Origin: Octopus vulgaris
Taxonomy: Eukaryota
Length of the DNA: 64,000 bases
Direction: 5' to 3'
NCBI GenBank assembly: GCA_951406725.2
Contig: OX597821.1
Span: forward strand, 38,440,001-38,504,000
This document shows, piece by piece, positions 12,156 through 26,120 of the stretch; the first letter of the stretch is position 1, and every line of letters begins with the position of its first letter. The notes below the pieces were generated by a model. The model saw only the letters and a program-made list of their open reading frames with translations. It was not told the origin of the DNA and made no database searches. The position numbers and the translations under genes are program-made.

Positions 12156-14619
12156 ACAACAACAACAACAACAACAACAATCCGCGTAGTCTAGAATTGC
12201 GCTTTCGCCTTGGACGAGGTATGACGATGTGCCGTGCGTAGGAGTAGCTCTTTAGTTTTGACAACAATCTTCTGAAGGATAAACATACTGGTGGTTTTGC
12301 ATTCTTACGTTCACTAATATCTTATTTGTAGAATAATGCAAAAGTCTAAAGAAACTGATACAAATTGCGGCATGAAGAGAACGAGAATTGCAAATAGAGG
12401 TGCAAACTGAAGGTTCATCAATAACTTTGTCACCAACATTGTAACAGACACGAACAATTTTTTAATAGCTGTCAGTATATACGAAATAAATGAGATACGG
12501 TACAGGAAAGTGTAGTAATTAGAATGAACCATAGTGGAAAAGATGTTTTAGTGAATATAGAGTTGTTCAGAAGGGACATTAATGTATGTCAGGAAAGAAA
12601 GATCAAATGATATTTATGGGGAAATTTTGTGAAGTAATCATGAATTACATCACAAATAATAGAAAGAGAAAGGGTCTAACAATCGTTAAAGAAGAATTAA
12701 AGGAAATGTGATTGAAAAAGAAGTGCTAAGTGTAAAGTGATTGTTAAATTGTATGAACATCTAATTAATCATTTTAGACAATGCCATACATTTATAATGA
12801 GCTATAAATATATATTTCAGGAGTTAATTGGAAGTATCAAATATAAAGAGGTGATTCTTGATGTAGGTGAAAGGAAGAGGTTCTTGAATGACCTTTGGAG
12901 ACTGGAAAAAAGAGTTTAATGTGAGAGTGGAACAGCTTGAACAATTGAATTAAGAAGAGCACACGATCCAATTTGGTGAAACGAGATCAGGGGCAAGACA
13001 AGAGAGAACAGCGGTAAAATTACGAAATTAATGAAGGTACTGGTCATTTAAGCCCAACCTTTCAGGAATTCTCATGGCCAATTTCTAGGTGAGGCTAGCC
13101 TCCTTACTTGTGACTTCATTTGCGGTCTATCTGTCCAAAACCCGATCGCATTTTCCGACGTCATAGACTTAACTCTGCAAGTGCCAAACGTAAGCCACCG
13201 ACTTCTGCTCCTTCATAAAATGTAAACACTCACACAAACACAAGCGCGCACACGTGCACACACATGCTCCTGTAATTCTCATCGGTTGTTTGTCGTAGGT
13301 AGCCCTTGACTTCTATTCAGTAATTATCTCAGAACAAAACACCTTGAATGCTCAATAAAGCGCTTAGCATCATTCCCCCACCCACCACGAGGCTGTTTCT
13401 CCAGCTCTCCGCACAAGATATCAATTAGTGTACAAGAATGCAATGAGCAAGATCGAGCGTGGTCATCTGCTAATTGGGTTCCAACCGTTTTCTAATAGTA
13501 CAGATATTCCGCTTGGCCGCAGTAACCTTCAAGCCGTTGATCTAGGACTCTTCCACTTAGTCGATTATCCGACATCCTGCTGTCGACGTCTTCACCATAT
13601 CCCTGCTACGTGAGGCTAAGGCGATGTCAGCATTTGTCCATGAGTTGGAGCTTTTGACAGGTTCCGGCGAGCGGCAAGGCCACATCAAGTTCCAATGTCA
13701 GCTTTGGCAAAATTTCTACAGCTTCTTAACGCCAGCCACTTTACAGAGTGTATTGTGTACCTTTTTGTGCCATTGGCACTAGTGAGGTTGCTGAATAACT
13801 TGCAAAATTGAAAAAGGACACGCAAAATCTAACAAGAAAAAATATTCCTACTACTAATTGGGGGGAGTATTTGAGAGGGGAAGTTGGAGATAGGTGTTGA
13901 AAGGCTAAAATACGATAGCAGAACATGCACAGCTGTCTTGTTATAACAGTGTCTTGATAAAGAGGAAATATACGGGTACGTTGTACTATATATAATTGCG
14001 GTTGGGAGTAGTTGAGAAGATAAAGGAAGTTAGTATTGAAGTGCCTGCGCAAAATATCAAAGGTACATGAAGGTGAGTATAAGAAAGGATATGAAGAGTT
14101 TGTCAAGCGATGGGAGGAGAATGTGGTAACTTTCATAAGAGTAGTGGGCGAGTATTAGATCGGGGGTACAGGTGAATGAAGTGAGTGATGAACAAGAGTG
14201 GAAGTACGGTATGAAGAGGGGTAAAGTGAAAGATATAAGAAAGGCTCCAGTTGAATAGATCTGAAAATAGGCAAGCGACAGGAAAGGTGTAGGAGCGAGT
14301 GAGAAGGAGATGTAGAGATTCACAATAATCTATAGTAAGTGGGACGTGATGAAAGAGGGCATTGAGAAAGATTGCAAATAAGAGAGGTATTAAGAAAGAA
14401 GTATAACAGATGGGAGAGAGTAATGGCTGAAGGCAGAGACAAAAGATAATTGGTAGAAATAGTGTGAGCAGGGATGATAGTAAGAAATGGAAGTTTGTTA
14501 TAGGGTAGAGGGGAGGAGGAGGGAGGGATGTGATCAGAAAGGAGAGGGAGTATAACATGTGCCGATTCTGTTGTTAGGTTATAACAAGCACCTTAGTAGT
14601 ACCATAGTTAGAAGAGTGA

Positions 14620-14667
<48 letters not shown>

Positions 14668-15169
14668 TCGTTATATACATACAAAAAAGTGGCACAGTCG
14701 CTTACCGACAACAGAGACTTATTAAAATAAATAGATTAGACACAAGTTGCCTAAATCATCTGACCTGCGGAAGTTGTTAATGATTTGTACAAATTTTATT
14801 AATTTATTAACACAATATAATTCGATTAATTCATTTGCAATTAATTAATAATGTTATTATCATTCCGTATTATTATTTTAAAACCCTTAATCATACTTGC
14901 TTTATAAGTTGTTTAATTTGATTTATCGTAAACCACATTATTTCTTCATAAAAACAAAATAAACTCTAAAATTATTTTTACAACTTATTTAATCAGCAAT
15001 GCAAACGTTAGATAAACAAGTTCCTCTTTGAAATAGCTTCGCACCTTTAGTTTACAGATAGTCCGGTACATGTTTCGATACCTCGATATATTTTCTCTAA
15101 TTTATAGCATTGATCGCATATTAATTCCTCACTCACAAGCATAAACTTTATTTTACAATTCCTACAATA

Positions 15170-15968
15170 TATTCTTTTCTACTCTAGGCACAAGGCCCGA
15201 AATTTTGGGGAAAGGGGCCTTTCGACTAGATCGACCTTAGTACGCAACTGGTACTTAATTTATCGATCCCGAAAGGATAAAAGGCAACGTCGACCTCAGC
15301 GGAATTTGAACTCAGAACGTAAAGACAGATGAAATACCGCTAAGCATTTCGTCCAGCATGCTCATGTTTCTTATTTCTTTATTGCCTACAAGGGGCTAAA
15401 CATAGAGGGGACAAACAAGGACAGAGAAAGGAATTAAGTCGATTACATCGACCCCTGAGCGTAACTGGTACTTATTTAATCGCCCCGAAAGGATGAAAGG
15501 CAAAGTCGACCTCGGCGGAGTTTGAACTCAGAACGTAACAGTAGACGAAATACCTATTTCTTTACTACCCACAAGGGGCTAAACGCAGAGAGGACAAACA
15601 AGGACAGACAAACGGATTAAGTCGATTAAATTCGACCCCAGTGCATAACTGGTACTTTATTTATCGACCCCGAAAGGATGAAAGGCAAAGTCGACTTCGG
15701 CGGAATTTGAACTCAGAACGTAGCGGCAGACGAAATACATATTTCTTTACTACCTACAAGGGCTAAACACAGAGAAGACAAACAAGAACAGACAAACGGA
15801 TTAAGTCAATTACATCGATCCCAGTGCGTAACTGGTACTTATTTAATCGACCCCAAAAGGATGAAAGGCAAAGTCGACCTCGGCGGAATTTGAACTCAGA
15901 ACGTAACGGCAGACGAAATACGGCTACGCATTTCGCCCGGCGTGCTAACGTTTCTGCCAGCTCGCCGT
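15170..15968 (-). mobile_element. Tandem array of four SINE family B units (~185-bp period)
   Basis: Head GGCGAGCTGGCAGAAACGTTAGC at 15968; body TTCTGAGTTCAAATTCCGCCGAGGTCGACTTTGCCTTTCATCCTTTCGGGGTCGAT..AAGTACCAG occurs four times head-to-tail. Confidence 0.9.
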
Positions 15969-16866
15969 CTTCCCTACAATATAATAATAACTTTAAAATC
16001 CGTATAAATTTCATTTTAAGACTATTCTATCCTCTTTTCTGTTCACCTTATTTGATTTTACATAGAAGTAGCTGCTGTCGGTTTATCTCCCTCAACTCTA
16101 AGAAGTCTATCATTAAAATGCTAAACTGATTCTATTTTGTATTCTTTATCGATTATTCTTCTTGGCATGTTTTAACTTTTTACATTTTCTTACCTTTAAT
16201 CATACATATTCATTAATCTCGATAAATTGTTCCCTAAACAATTTTTGGAAAACTTAAAATCATCTTACAAACAATAACAAACGATCTTAACTATAATTAC
16301 ATCTTCAATTTCATTTGTTTCTGTGTAGAAAATTTCAATGATTCACTCATATACCTACTTCAATCTTAAAACAGAATTTCTAAACACTTATGTTGCATAT
16401 AACATATTTCTTTTCCCTTCGAAAAATTCAAAAATTGTTGACAATAACAAACAGCTTTAACTGTAATCACATCTTCAATTTCTTTTATTTCTCTCTATTC
16501 ATTGGCAATAATTCACAAACAATCACCTTCTTCAATGTTATAAGATTTGAATACTTTTTCGAATGACATACATTTTGTTCTCTGAAGTAAATTCATACTC
16601 AGCCTCTGAATCTTAGGTTTCATTAACTGTATTTTGAATACGTGAATTCATTCCCACACTAAATACATATCACAGACTTTACACTGTTTAGATTTTTTAA
16701 AAATTCCTTGAGAATTTTTGTCTGTCAGTTATTATATAACTAAGCTGCACAAACGATTTTCGTCGCAATTCCAGCAGAATACTTTACGCCACCGTCTATC
16801 TATATTTTCCTATTATTAACTCGTTTTTCTTTATAATATACGTACGTGTATTTGTATGTGCTTACA

Positions 16867-16931
<65 letters not shown>

Positions 16932-16999
16932 ATATATATATATATATATATACATATGCACACACAGATCTCAACCACACACACACACACATATTTATA

Positions 17000-17036
<37 letters not shown>

Positions 17037-17188
17037 GAGAGAGAAGTGAGAGGAAGATGAAAGGTGTAATGGAGGAAGGAGAGATATACTGATATAGAAT
17101 ATATGTATTCATTCCAGTATGTAGCTTGATTTTATTTTCAGGTGTCTTTTCGTTTTAGTTGTGCTTATATAACCATTACAAGCATGTA

Positions 17189-17224
<36 letters not shown>

Positions 17225-20200
17225 TGTATGTATGTATGTACGTATTTATGTATGTATGTATGTATGTGCATGCTATTTATGTATGCTTGTGTATATAATT
17301 TGTATGTAATGTCTCGGATAAAGAATCCATTGCGTGATTGAAACAATTAGTTCCAAAGCACGAAAATACATCTCCTCACTGCTTCATGCAAGTTATTTCA
17401 AGCTATCTGGACTTTGCTTCTATTTCTCAATTATTTACAATTTTACCCTGTAACAGCATTTTCCCCCCAAATGATTTGTTCTCTTCCATTTGTCTTTCTG
17501 CTTTATTTATTCATGAAATATGCTACTGAATCACATTTCTATATAATGCAATTGAGCTTTTAACTGAACAAAAAAAAAAGAAAGAAAGAAAGAAAGAAAG
17601 AAAACAAGAAAAGAAAAAGAAAAGAAATATATTAAACATAAAAATTGAATGGTTCTGGTTTGAAAAGTGTAAATGTAGTTTCACAACCACATTTCTACAA
17701 TTTCTTACGTAAAAATATTAGTTTGCTTTTGACTATGGACATAGGATCTATATTGTTTGAGGAACGGCCAAGCGCTGGCATTTTTCAGCAAATCTTAGTC
17801 TCAATTATTATAGAAGATTAACTGTAAATACGTTGGGGATTGTGAAAAAAAATGCTCCCTACCTTAGATGGAAGTTCTTTCGTGGTCTCGATTTGCAAAG
17901 AGAGTCAACTCTTTAACAATAGCAAATGTCAAAGAGTTGACTAATGTCTTCGTTAGTTTCGTTACTTGTATACTTATCGATGCCATGCATAAGCACATGG
18001 TCGACCCCTCCCTCCAAAAGACTCGAGTGGATCAACCGCCATTACATTAGGCGAGAATATTTTTAGTGCCTCGAACAGGATAAATGGCTGTCTAGTTTAG
18101 AACTTCAAATGATCAAGCTAAAAACTGTACTTCATTTAGTCAGAAGTCATTTCACTACCCAAATACCGAATGAATTTACTTTTGTTTAGTTCTCGTACAA
18201 AACTTTCTTAAAGAAGAGCTGAATAGATATTTAACTTGAGACAATATATAATCGAAACTCGAAGTTATAAAAATGGAATAGTAAAAGCTGAGGAAAGGAA
18301 AACGAAGTTGAATACCTGTAACAGCAAATTTTAATTAGTTGTAATAAAACATTTCTTTAAAAATCCACTCTTCACTAACCCCTGCCCTCTATTAAATATG
18401 TAAGAATACTTATGTTTCCCATGAGGTGTATGTATGGATCATTCACGAAATATTTACAACTTACATCGAAATATTCTTATGAATACTTTTGATTATTTCT
18501 CATTAACATCGATGTTTTATTGTTTATTACAATTGTTTATTAATTATAAATTGAGGTCTCTGTGGTTGTCAAGTTTTCGTGATAGTGTAACTTCCAAAAG
18601 CAGTTGACTGACCCTTGATGCATTCTATAACCAGTACGAACGGACACTACATCGAAACATACATTTTTAATAGATAACAAAGAAATTTATTCCCATATTA
18701 AGATTTAAATGGGAACCTAGAACGAACAGAACTCATTAGTTTCCTGAAAGCATTAACGCCGTAAAAGAAACGAAATATCTTCAAGTAAAGATTAAAAGCG
18801 TTCATCAGTCCCGGTTTATTTCCTTTTTTTTTTTTTTTTTTTCGATCACACTTGTCTTTTTGATGGATGATGAAATCTAAGCTGACGAAGGAAATATTAC
18901 ATAAAATTACCTTCCATCGAAACGCTGACGGCTTACATATTCTGCAATCATCACTTAACTGTGTCTCTGGTAAATATATTAAGCGCTTATTAATATAGTC
19001 AGTATATTAAGGAATGTCAAAGTTAGCGGGGATCCTTTCCGGTAAGGATAAAGGAAATATCAGTTTGCTGTGAGGAGAGAGAGTGTACATACATGATCAT
19101 GGTCGTCCATTAGAGAATAACTAGATATATATTATAGAACCTAAGTGTACAAACTCTACCTAGCAGTAATTATGTCATGTGATACGGTTGATCATTAAAA
19201 ACAAGTGTAACTAGTTGTGAAATTAGTGTTGTATTAATGTTCAGACCAAGCCTGTATAATTGGATCGCCTCCGGTCAGTTAGTTGTTTCTCAATTACTTA
19301 ACAGCTCCTGTGATTTCGTTAAAACTTCTTGGATTTTATTAGAAACAGGCACCACCCCGAAGTTAAAGTGTTTCCTCTAAAAGCCTTTGCATGTATTCAT
19401 AGATCCATTCCTTGGATAAAAATGCTAATCTATCGTAGTCGTAGCACTATTCCTGGCGGCTAGGAAAGCTGAGACACGTATAATATCGCACCTTTGCTCT
19501 CAAAGCTTCCTAACGCTCATAACTTAATATTTCTCCTTTTACATCTGCCGCGGGAATCCATGAAACCGGTGATTAAATTTGACTGATTTCTGCAAAGTAT
19601 TTGATATTTAATTTCGCCTCTCTCTCTCTCTTTCTCTCTGTCTCTCTTTCCTTCTCTCTTTCCCTTTCTCTCTCTGTGTCTCTCTTTCTCTCTCCTCACT
19701 AAAAGGGAAACCAGTCTACGATAGGCAATATTCCCAGGAGTTATTCTACTTATTACCTTCTGACATTCAGGCAAATTGAACAAAATATCACAGCCAGAGA
19801 ATGTTAACTGATCACCAACCGTTCATTAATGGGAATCCAATGTACACACATCGTTCATTTTACCTCTAAGACATTTGTAAGAATGTTTTGAAAGATTTTC
19901 ATCAAATATGCTGCAACCATTTCTTTTTCTTCCTCACTCCATCTCTTTCTCCTACCCTAACTCTCTCTTTTCCCCCCCTATACTCTCTTCCCTATCTCGC
20001 CTCTCTCTCTCTACACACACACATTCTCATCAATCGGTTTGACCTTCGTCCACCTCACCAGTACGTCCAAATACGAAATACCTTGACGTGCATTGATTGA
20101 AAAACAAGAAATAAAGAAATGAATGTATTGCTTTAATGTAAAGTAACAAAAAATATAAGCAAATAAAAACATACATATCTTATTAAGTAACAACTTACCA

Positions 20201-20876
20201 CCTGCTGTTTTCATTAACTTATTTTCATTATTTGTTTCGCTTCTCCTACATTATTAAATGTATTGTTTACTGAGAGATTTTCTAGGCTTTCATTTTTATT
20301 TGTTTATTTGTCCATTCTCCCCCACCTCACCCCACAACACTTCTATATTCCAACGACATAACCTGATTTGTCCCTTTCTTCATTTAACCTTCACTGCATC
20401 ATAAATAGCAATACAACATTTCACCAAGACTTATAGGTTCTCCTCCATCTTACACCCCCCACTCTCTCTCTCTCTCTCTGGCTCTCCCTTTCTCTCACCG
20501 ATTCTCTCCATTCTCATTAGCACTTAGATCGATATTTATATAGAAAATATCAGTTTTCTGAAAAATAGAAGAATAAAGCAACAAAAGCTCTTTTTCTTGG
20601 TGCGACTCGATTGTTATAGTATTGTTAGCACCAGGGAGTGTCTTACAAAGATATGATTAGATGTCTAAATTGAGTTTTAACTATTGTTAAACGACAACAG
20701 AAGAATATAGGCAGGAAAAAAAATTTGTATAAAAAAAAAACGAATTGAAAAAATAACTTAAAACGTAAAAAAGAAAATAGGAATAAAAGCAAAAGATAAT
20801 GCATAAATAAATAAATAAATGGAAAGCAAACAAAAGATAGAAACCGGAATGAAAAAAATTGCCATCGTGTAAGTTG

Positions 20877-20939
<63 letters not shown>

Positions 20940-21369
20940 TAGCAAAAACAACAGCAACAACAATAATAATGACTGTAACAAAAACAATATCAATAATAAT
21001 CATATTAAAATAATAATAATGTCAATAACATAATAATAACAGCAATAATGATAATGATGTTGATAATGATGATGATGATGATGATGACGATGATGATTTT
21101 TTTTTTTCAATTGCTACAAACTCACTGCAATAATAGTAAGTTACAAACAACTGTAGCAGTTGTGTCTGCTGCCTGTACCAAGTCATGGAAATGCTAAATT
21201 TTCTAGTATTTTTTTCATAAATGGAAAGAAAATATATCATTTTAATTTCTGTAATGATAAGGATCTATTTCGTTGGCGATGAAGACTTAAGACTTAAGTG
21301 TCCATACAAATACAAAATACAAAAGAAAATAGCAGACAAGAGGCAGCGAGTGATTTCAATAAAACAATA

Positions 21370-21750
21370 AAGCATTGATAATCAGATAAGTCATCACGAA
21401 ATAAAATGGCTGACAATGGTTGCATTGCACCGCAAGGGAAATGTTAAAAGGCTTTATACACCGCGGAACGTTGGAGGACGAGGACTTACGAATGTGAAAA
21501 AATGTGTATTTATTGAATAGAGGTGTTTAGATTTGTATTTGCTCAGCAGCAGAGAAGAACTTTTAAAGTATGTTGACAAAAGCAGAGGCTTATGCATTGA
21601 AACTATTGACAGTAAAGAAAATTACAAACAGAGGCTGTTGGCTGAGAAACTGGACACGAGGCGAAGTGTGGAATAACATGGTCGGTCCCAAAGACAAACG
21701 AAAGAAGTAAAAGCAGAATTCTCATGGAATTGGTTGACAAAAAAGTGATC

Positions 21751-21803
<53 letters not shown>

Positions 21804-21985
21804 GAGACAGAAAAAGTTTATTGGTGGCTGCTCAGGATCAGGCACTAAACGCAAACTTGATAAGGAATAATTATAACCCTGATGAAACAAATAAGTGTAG
21901 GTTATGTGGGACGTGTGGCACACATCATGAGTGCCTGTGACATACTTGCGTAGAGAGAATATAATATATCATTATTAATCTGGCT
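21370..21985 (+). mobile_element. R4/Dong-like LINE ORF fragment, decayed, interrupted by (GA)n
   Basis: RLYTPRNVGGRGLTNVKKC, LLVAAQDQALN and NKCRLCG motifs. Confidence 0.75.
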
Positions 21986-21989
21986 TGTT

Positions 21990-22193
21990 GACAGAATCCT
22001 TATCGCGCCTGGCAAAATACTTAGCTGCATTTCGTCCGTCTTTACGTTCCTAGTTGAACTTCCGCCGTGGTTGGCTTCGCCTTTCATTCTTTCGGAGTCG
22101 ATGAAATTAGTACCATTTGAGCACTGTGGTCAACGTAATCTACTATTCCCTCCACCACACCAAATTTCAGACCTTGTTCTTATTTTAGAATGG

Positions 22194-22200
<7 letters not shown>
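21990..22200 (+). mobile_element. SINE family B, diverged
   Basis: CATTTCGTCCGTCTTTACGTTC...CCTTTCATTCTTTCGGAGTCGATGAAATTAGTACC, (ATT)n tail. Confidence 0.7.
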
Positions 22201-22246
<46 letters not shown>

Positions 22247-22659
22247 GTAGATGTACGTATTGATCTAATACGCTTATCATATTCTCTTCTTTTTCTTTCA
22301 TTTGTATGTATTGTGCTGTCCGGTTCATTGATTCCTAATTATTTGAAAGTTTCTGCTTGGTGTAACTCTCATATCTTTGTTTCTTTACCAAACATAATAT
22401 TAATATTCTTTTCTTCAAAGTTACCTTGGTGCATCATATAATCCATATTCCATATTCCATTTCTCTGCTAAATCCGCGTAATGTCTGAAGTAGATTTTTC
22501 AGATCTACATGGTCTGTAAGGTACATCTTCAGGTTGTTTACGTATATACATACACACGCACACACGGTTACGCACATACACACATATACATACATTCATG
22601 CACGAATACATACATACGTCCATGTGCGTGTGTATATATGCGTGTGCATATGTATATAT

Positions 22660-22707
<48 letters not shown>

Positions 22708-22709
<2 letters not shown>

Positions 22710-22880
22710 GGGGAGAGTTCACAAAAGAAACAAAAGACGAAGACAGGTGGTGTACAAAACAAACAGATGTATTAGTATAACGCTCAGGAAAAGAAAAAAG
22801 TCTTTTACGTTTCGAGCCTATGCTCTTCTACAGAAAGGAACACGGAAAAGAAAACGAGAGAAAAAAATGTGTGTAGTATG
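22708..22880 (-). mobile_element. Penelope-like short repeat carrying a minimal hammerhead motif
   Basis: Homologous to 55450-55620 and 56400-56610; hammerhead-like motif at 22802-22837. Confidence 0.65.
22802..22837 (-). ncRNA. Minimal type-I hammerhead-like motif (A6U core)
   Basis: CUUU CUGUAGA A GAGC-AUAG-GCUC GAAA C GUA AAAG: stem I CUUU/AAAG, stem II 4 bp, palindromic ACGU stem III, GUA triplet. Confidence 0.55.
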
Positions 22881-23199
22881 TATGCGTGCATGAATATATG
22901 TATGTGTGTGTATGTGCGTAACCGTGTGTGCCTGTGCATGTATATACGTGAACAACCTGAATATATATATATATATATATGCTCAGGTGTATATGATTGT
23001 GTATAGAAGAATATATTACTCAAATAAATACCAACTTTGATTTACACGTTTTATTTACAATCTTATAATAATATAATATAATGAAATGATAGAATATTAA
23101 ATGTCCACTCTGATTGAACTAATACTTTCATGCATTATGTAATTTTCAGGTTCGTGTGGTGGTTGTGAATGTTTTGTCTTACAATTTACAATTGTAGTG

Positions 23200-23700
23200 A
23201 GATGGCTAAACTGTGTGCCTTAAATACATTTGTATAGGCTCTAGAATATTAATTTTTGGAATCTTTATTATGACCAGTATGTGAAACAATTCTCTAAAAT
23301 GTACCTATGAATATATAGATAACATTGGGTTTATGGTTGTCAAATAGTTAAGTATTATAAGTTTTACTCTCCCTACCCCATCAGCTTTAGCCTGCAAATT
23401 TGGCTAAAATATATTCTTACTGAACCAAATGGCTTTACTTGAAAGAAATCTCGATTTATGACTCTGCCACTTAAACTGTCTTTTTACCCTATCCATAAAA
23501 GATAGATTCTAGTTTCTATTAGATCTGATAAACTAGTCTATAAATTAGAACTAACCACCACCCCAACCCATTAGTAAATCTGAATAACAAAATAAAATCA
23601 ATGATAAACAGTGCCTTCCTGTGGAAAAATCTCAGTTACAACTATAATGCTGTTGATGAAACATGTTCTTTGTTTATCTACTTATCATCTTTGTGATTTT
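23200..23700 (-). mobile_element. Possible decayed Penelope-like ORF fragment
   Basis: Broken minus frames AIWFS...FSQ...GR...RIVSHT loosely resemble the PLE IWFNPPFS...GR.FL...KVSYSC linker; heavily mutated. Confidence 0.3.
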
Positions 23701-23847
23701 AGATAATAAGAAAACTATACAAATGAATCCTTTGAAGATTGCTCTACATTTTAAATTGATGTAATATTTGCAATGTTCAATTAAATGGAGTCGCATGAAA
23801 CGATCGTACTGCATTACCTCTGGATATCCTTGTTGCTTATTTTGAAC

Positions 23848-23881
<34 letters not shown>

Positions 23882-26120
23882 CAGAGAGAGAGACAGACAG
23901 ACAGATTGAGAAATAGAGATTACAAGGAAAAGAGTGAGCGAGCTGACATGAAAACTGTAGGAGTGTTATGCATGCCACGAACAAAATTGAAGATTGAACT
24001 CAATGTGACTGCACTTAACTTCGTTGTACATCTAATTTCAGACCGTCGAAAAATGTTACTGTACTTCTCTATTTTTACCCAGCAGAATTAAGTTACATCG
24101 TAGAACATAAGTAGAATCTGAAGCAAAAATCACGAATCAAACAACTAAAAATACAGCCGACCTTTTTTTTTTTTTTACAGTTTATAAATACAAACTGATT
24201 ATTCACTTTATTTTTGCTTGATAGCGTTCCTTTGTTACTATAGGGAGTAGGAAATCCGTCATTCAGTGTTGTTAGAACTCACCAGGAACAATAAAAGATT
24301 TTTCTGAGCTATTTAAAGAAAAGGCTCTAAACTAATGACAACAGCCCATTTTTTAAAAAACGCAAATCAGTTATGATCAACTCAATGAACATGAGTTCCA
24401 CCCGAGGTTTGGAAATAATAATTTACAACCAATATTTTACGCCTCTGTGTTTTAATTCTGACCAATGTTCGGCTGGAATGAAATTTATAACTAGCAAGTG
24501 AAAGAATCAGCCTTTCAATGGTGAATAATATACTTTCTTGGCTAAACTTGTGTAGATTTCCAATAAATTAGCGTTCAGCAGCTGAGAGAAAAAATATAAC
24601 GAACGGAAATAAAGTTACATAATATTAAATACGGTCTTGAGGTGAAGAATTCACACTAAAGTTCCAGTCGCATAGTAATAATGTGCCAGCAATAGGCCAA
24701 AGTTTACAACTTAAATCAGAAACTTACTCTCACCGTAATTCAGTTACAAGAAAATATTAGCTGTAAACTGAGATTAAATCCACATTTCTTTTTTTTTTTT
24801 TTTTTTATCCGTCGGAAACAATATATTTATTGTATTTTGCTTGGGAGGAATCGAGAATACAATAATTTGTGAAGAGAAACGAACGATTGAAAGGATATCG
24901 AGCATCTAAGTTCATTACTCTAAGCCTTAAAACCAGATCCTCAATTCAAGAGTATTTGATAAGTCACTCGTTTCTGTATCCTTCCGTTCACCTGCATGTT
25001 GGAGATTAATACTAGTTGTTCCGGAGTATTCTGATTACATCAGTATCTTATCCAAAAGAAGATTTTTATAATGAAAATATTTAATATTTGAATCTGAAGA
25101 AGCAGAACTAGAGAGAGTTTTGTGGGGGGGACTGATTACATGCAATGCATTGGGTGAACATTTTCGAGAAAGCCATTAATATCATTATTCAACCCTTCTC
25201 TTGCTGTTAGTAGACAATTTCATTTTTCTGTATTCTAGTTCAATTTTGCTGTCCCTCATACAAACACGTGATCTTTTTTGTATATAAAAAAGATCTAATG
25301 CATGAAAATAAAAATATATTATGTCAGAGTTTTTCGCTATCGATTAGACGGGATCCAGGAAAAGAGATTGACTTTTAAAGTGTGTCAAAACATAGGTGTG
25401 AATTTAATTTGCCACGTGAATACTTAACATTTACAGGATGAGCAAAAGAACTGCGGTGTTGGAGACTGAAGTGCAAAGTTTTTTCTGAAGCTATCAAATT
25501 ACGCCATCTGACACGTGCTTCAGTGAATATTGTAACCGAATTACGTAAGACAGGCCCGGTTTATTTTCTACCTCCTCATTTCATCATATTCACTTTCATG
25601 TGTGCGTGTGTGTGTATGTGTGTGTGTATGTGTGTGTGTGTGTGTGTGATGGACTCTCCCATCGTTAGACGACGTACGAGAGTTCGGCATTTTTTGCCAA
25701 TCAGACATGTTTTTCTCTACTCGTAAGTGTTGCTATTAACTTTTCCGAATATGTGTTCATCTACTGCTAACTTTGTGCATTCTCGATTCTATATCTGCCT
25801 GGCAGAGGTAGTATCGTACCCAGGAATTCCTATTTTTAAGGGGCGAATTGTACCTTTTTGCTAGTGTAAATTGTTTACAAAATTAATTTTTATATCATGG
25901 CTTCCAGCCACAGTGAAGACAACGCCCCCAACGCCGAAGCATACGACAACCTGCTTAATGATTTGTACCATGAAATGTTCCCTGCCCTTCTCTGCGCTAA
26001 CAGGAGGAGAACAACATATGCGGTTTTGCGTCTGCAGCAACTGTGAATCATGAAGTTATAAGCATTAACCCAACAGATCTTGAATAATACAAAAGTTTCT
26101 TAGAACGTGATAGCGCCAAC

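Noticed and set aside
15170-15968. Regular repeat array resembling CRISPR
   Set aside because: Units are ~185-bp SINE bodies with no unique spacers; eukaryotic context, no cas genes.
15860-15968. tRNA gene (A/B boxes)
   Set aside because: tRNA-derived SINE head with no cloverleaf or acceptor stem; the same applies to 2088, 3846, 57100 and the GGTTCGATTC at ~28020.
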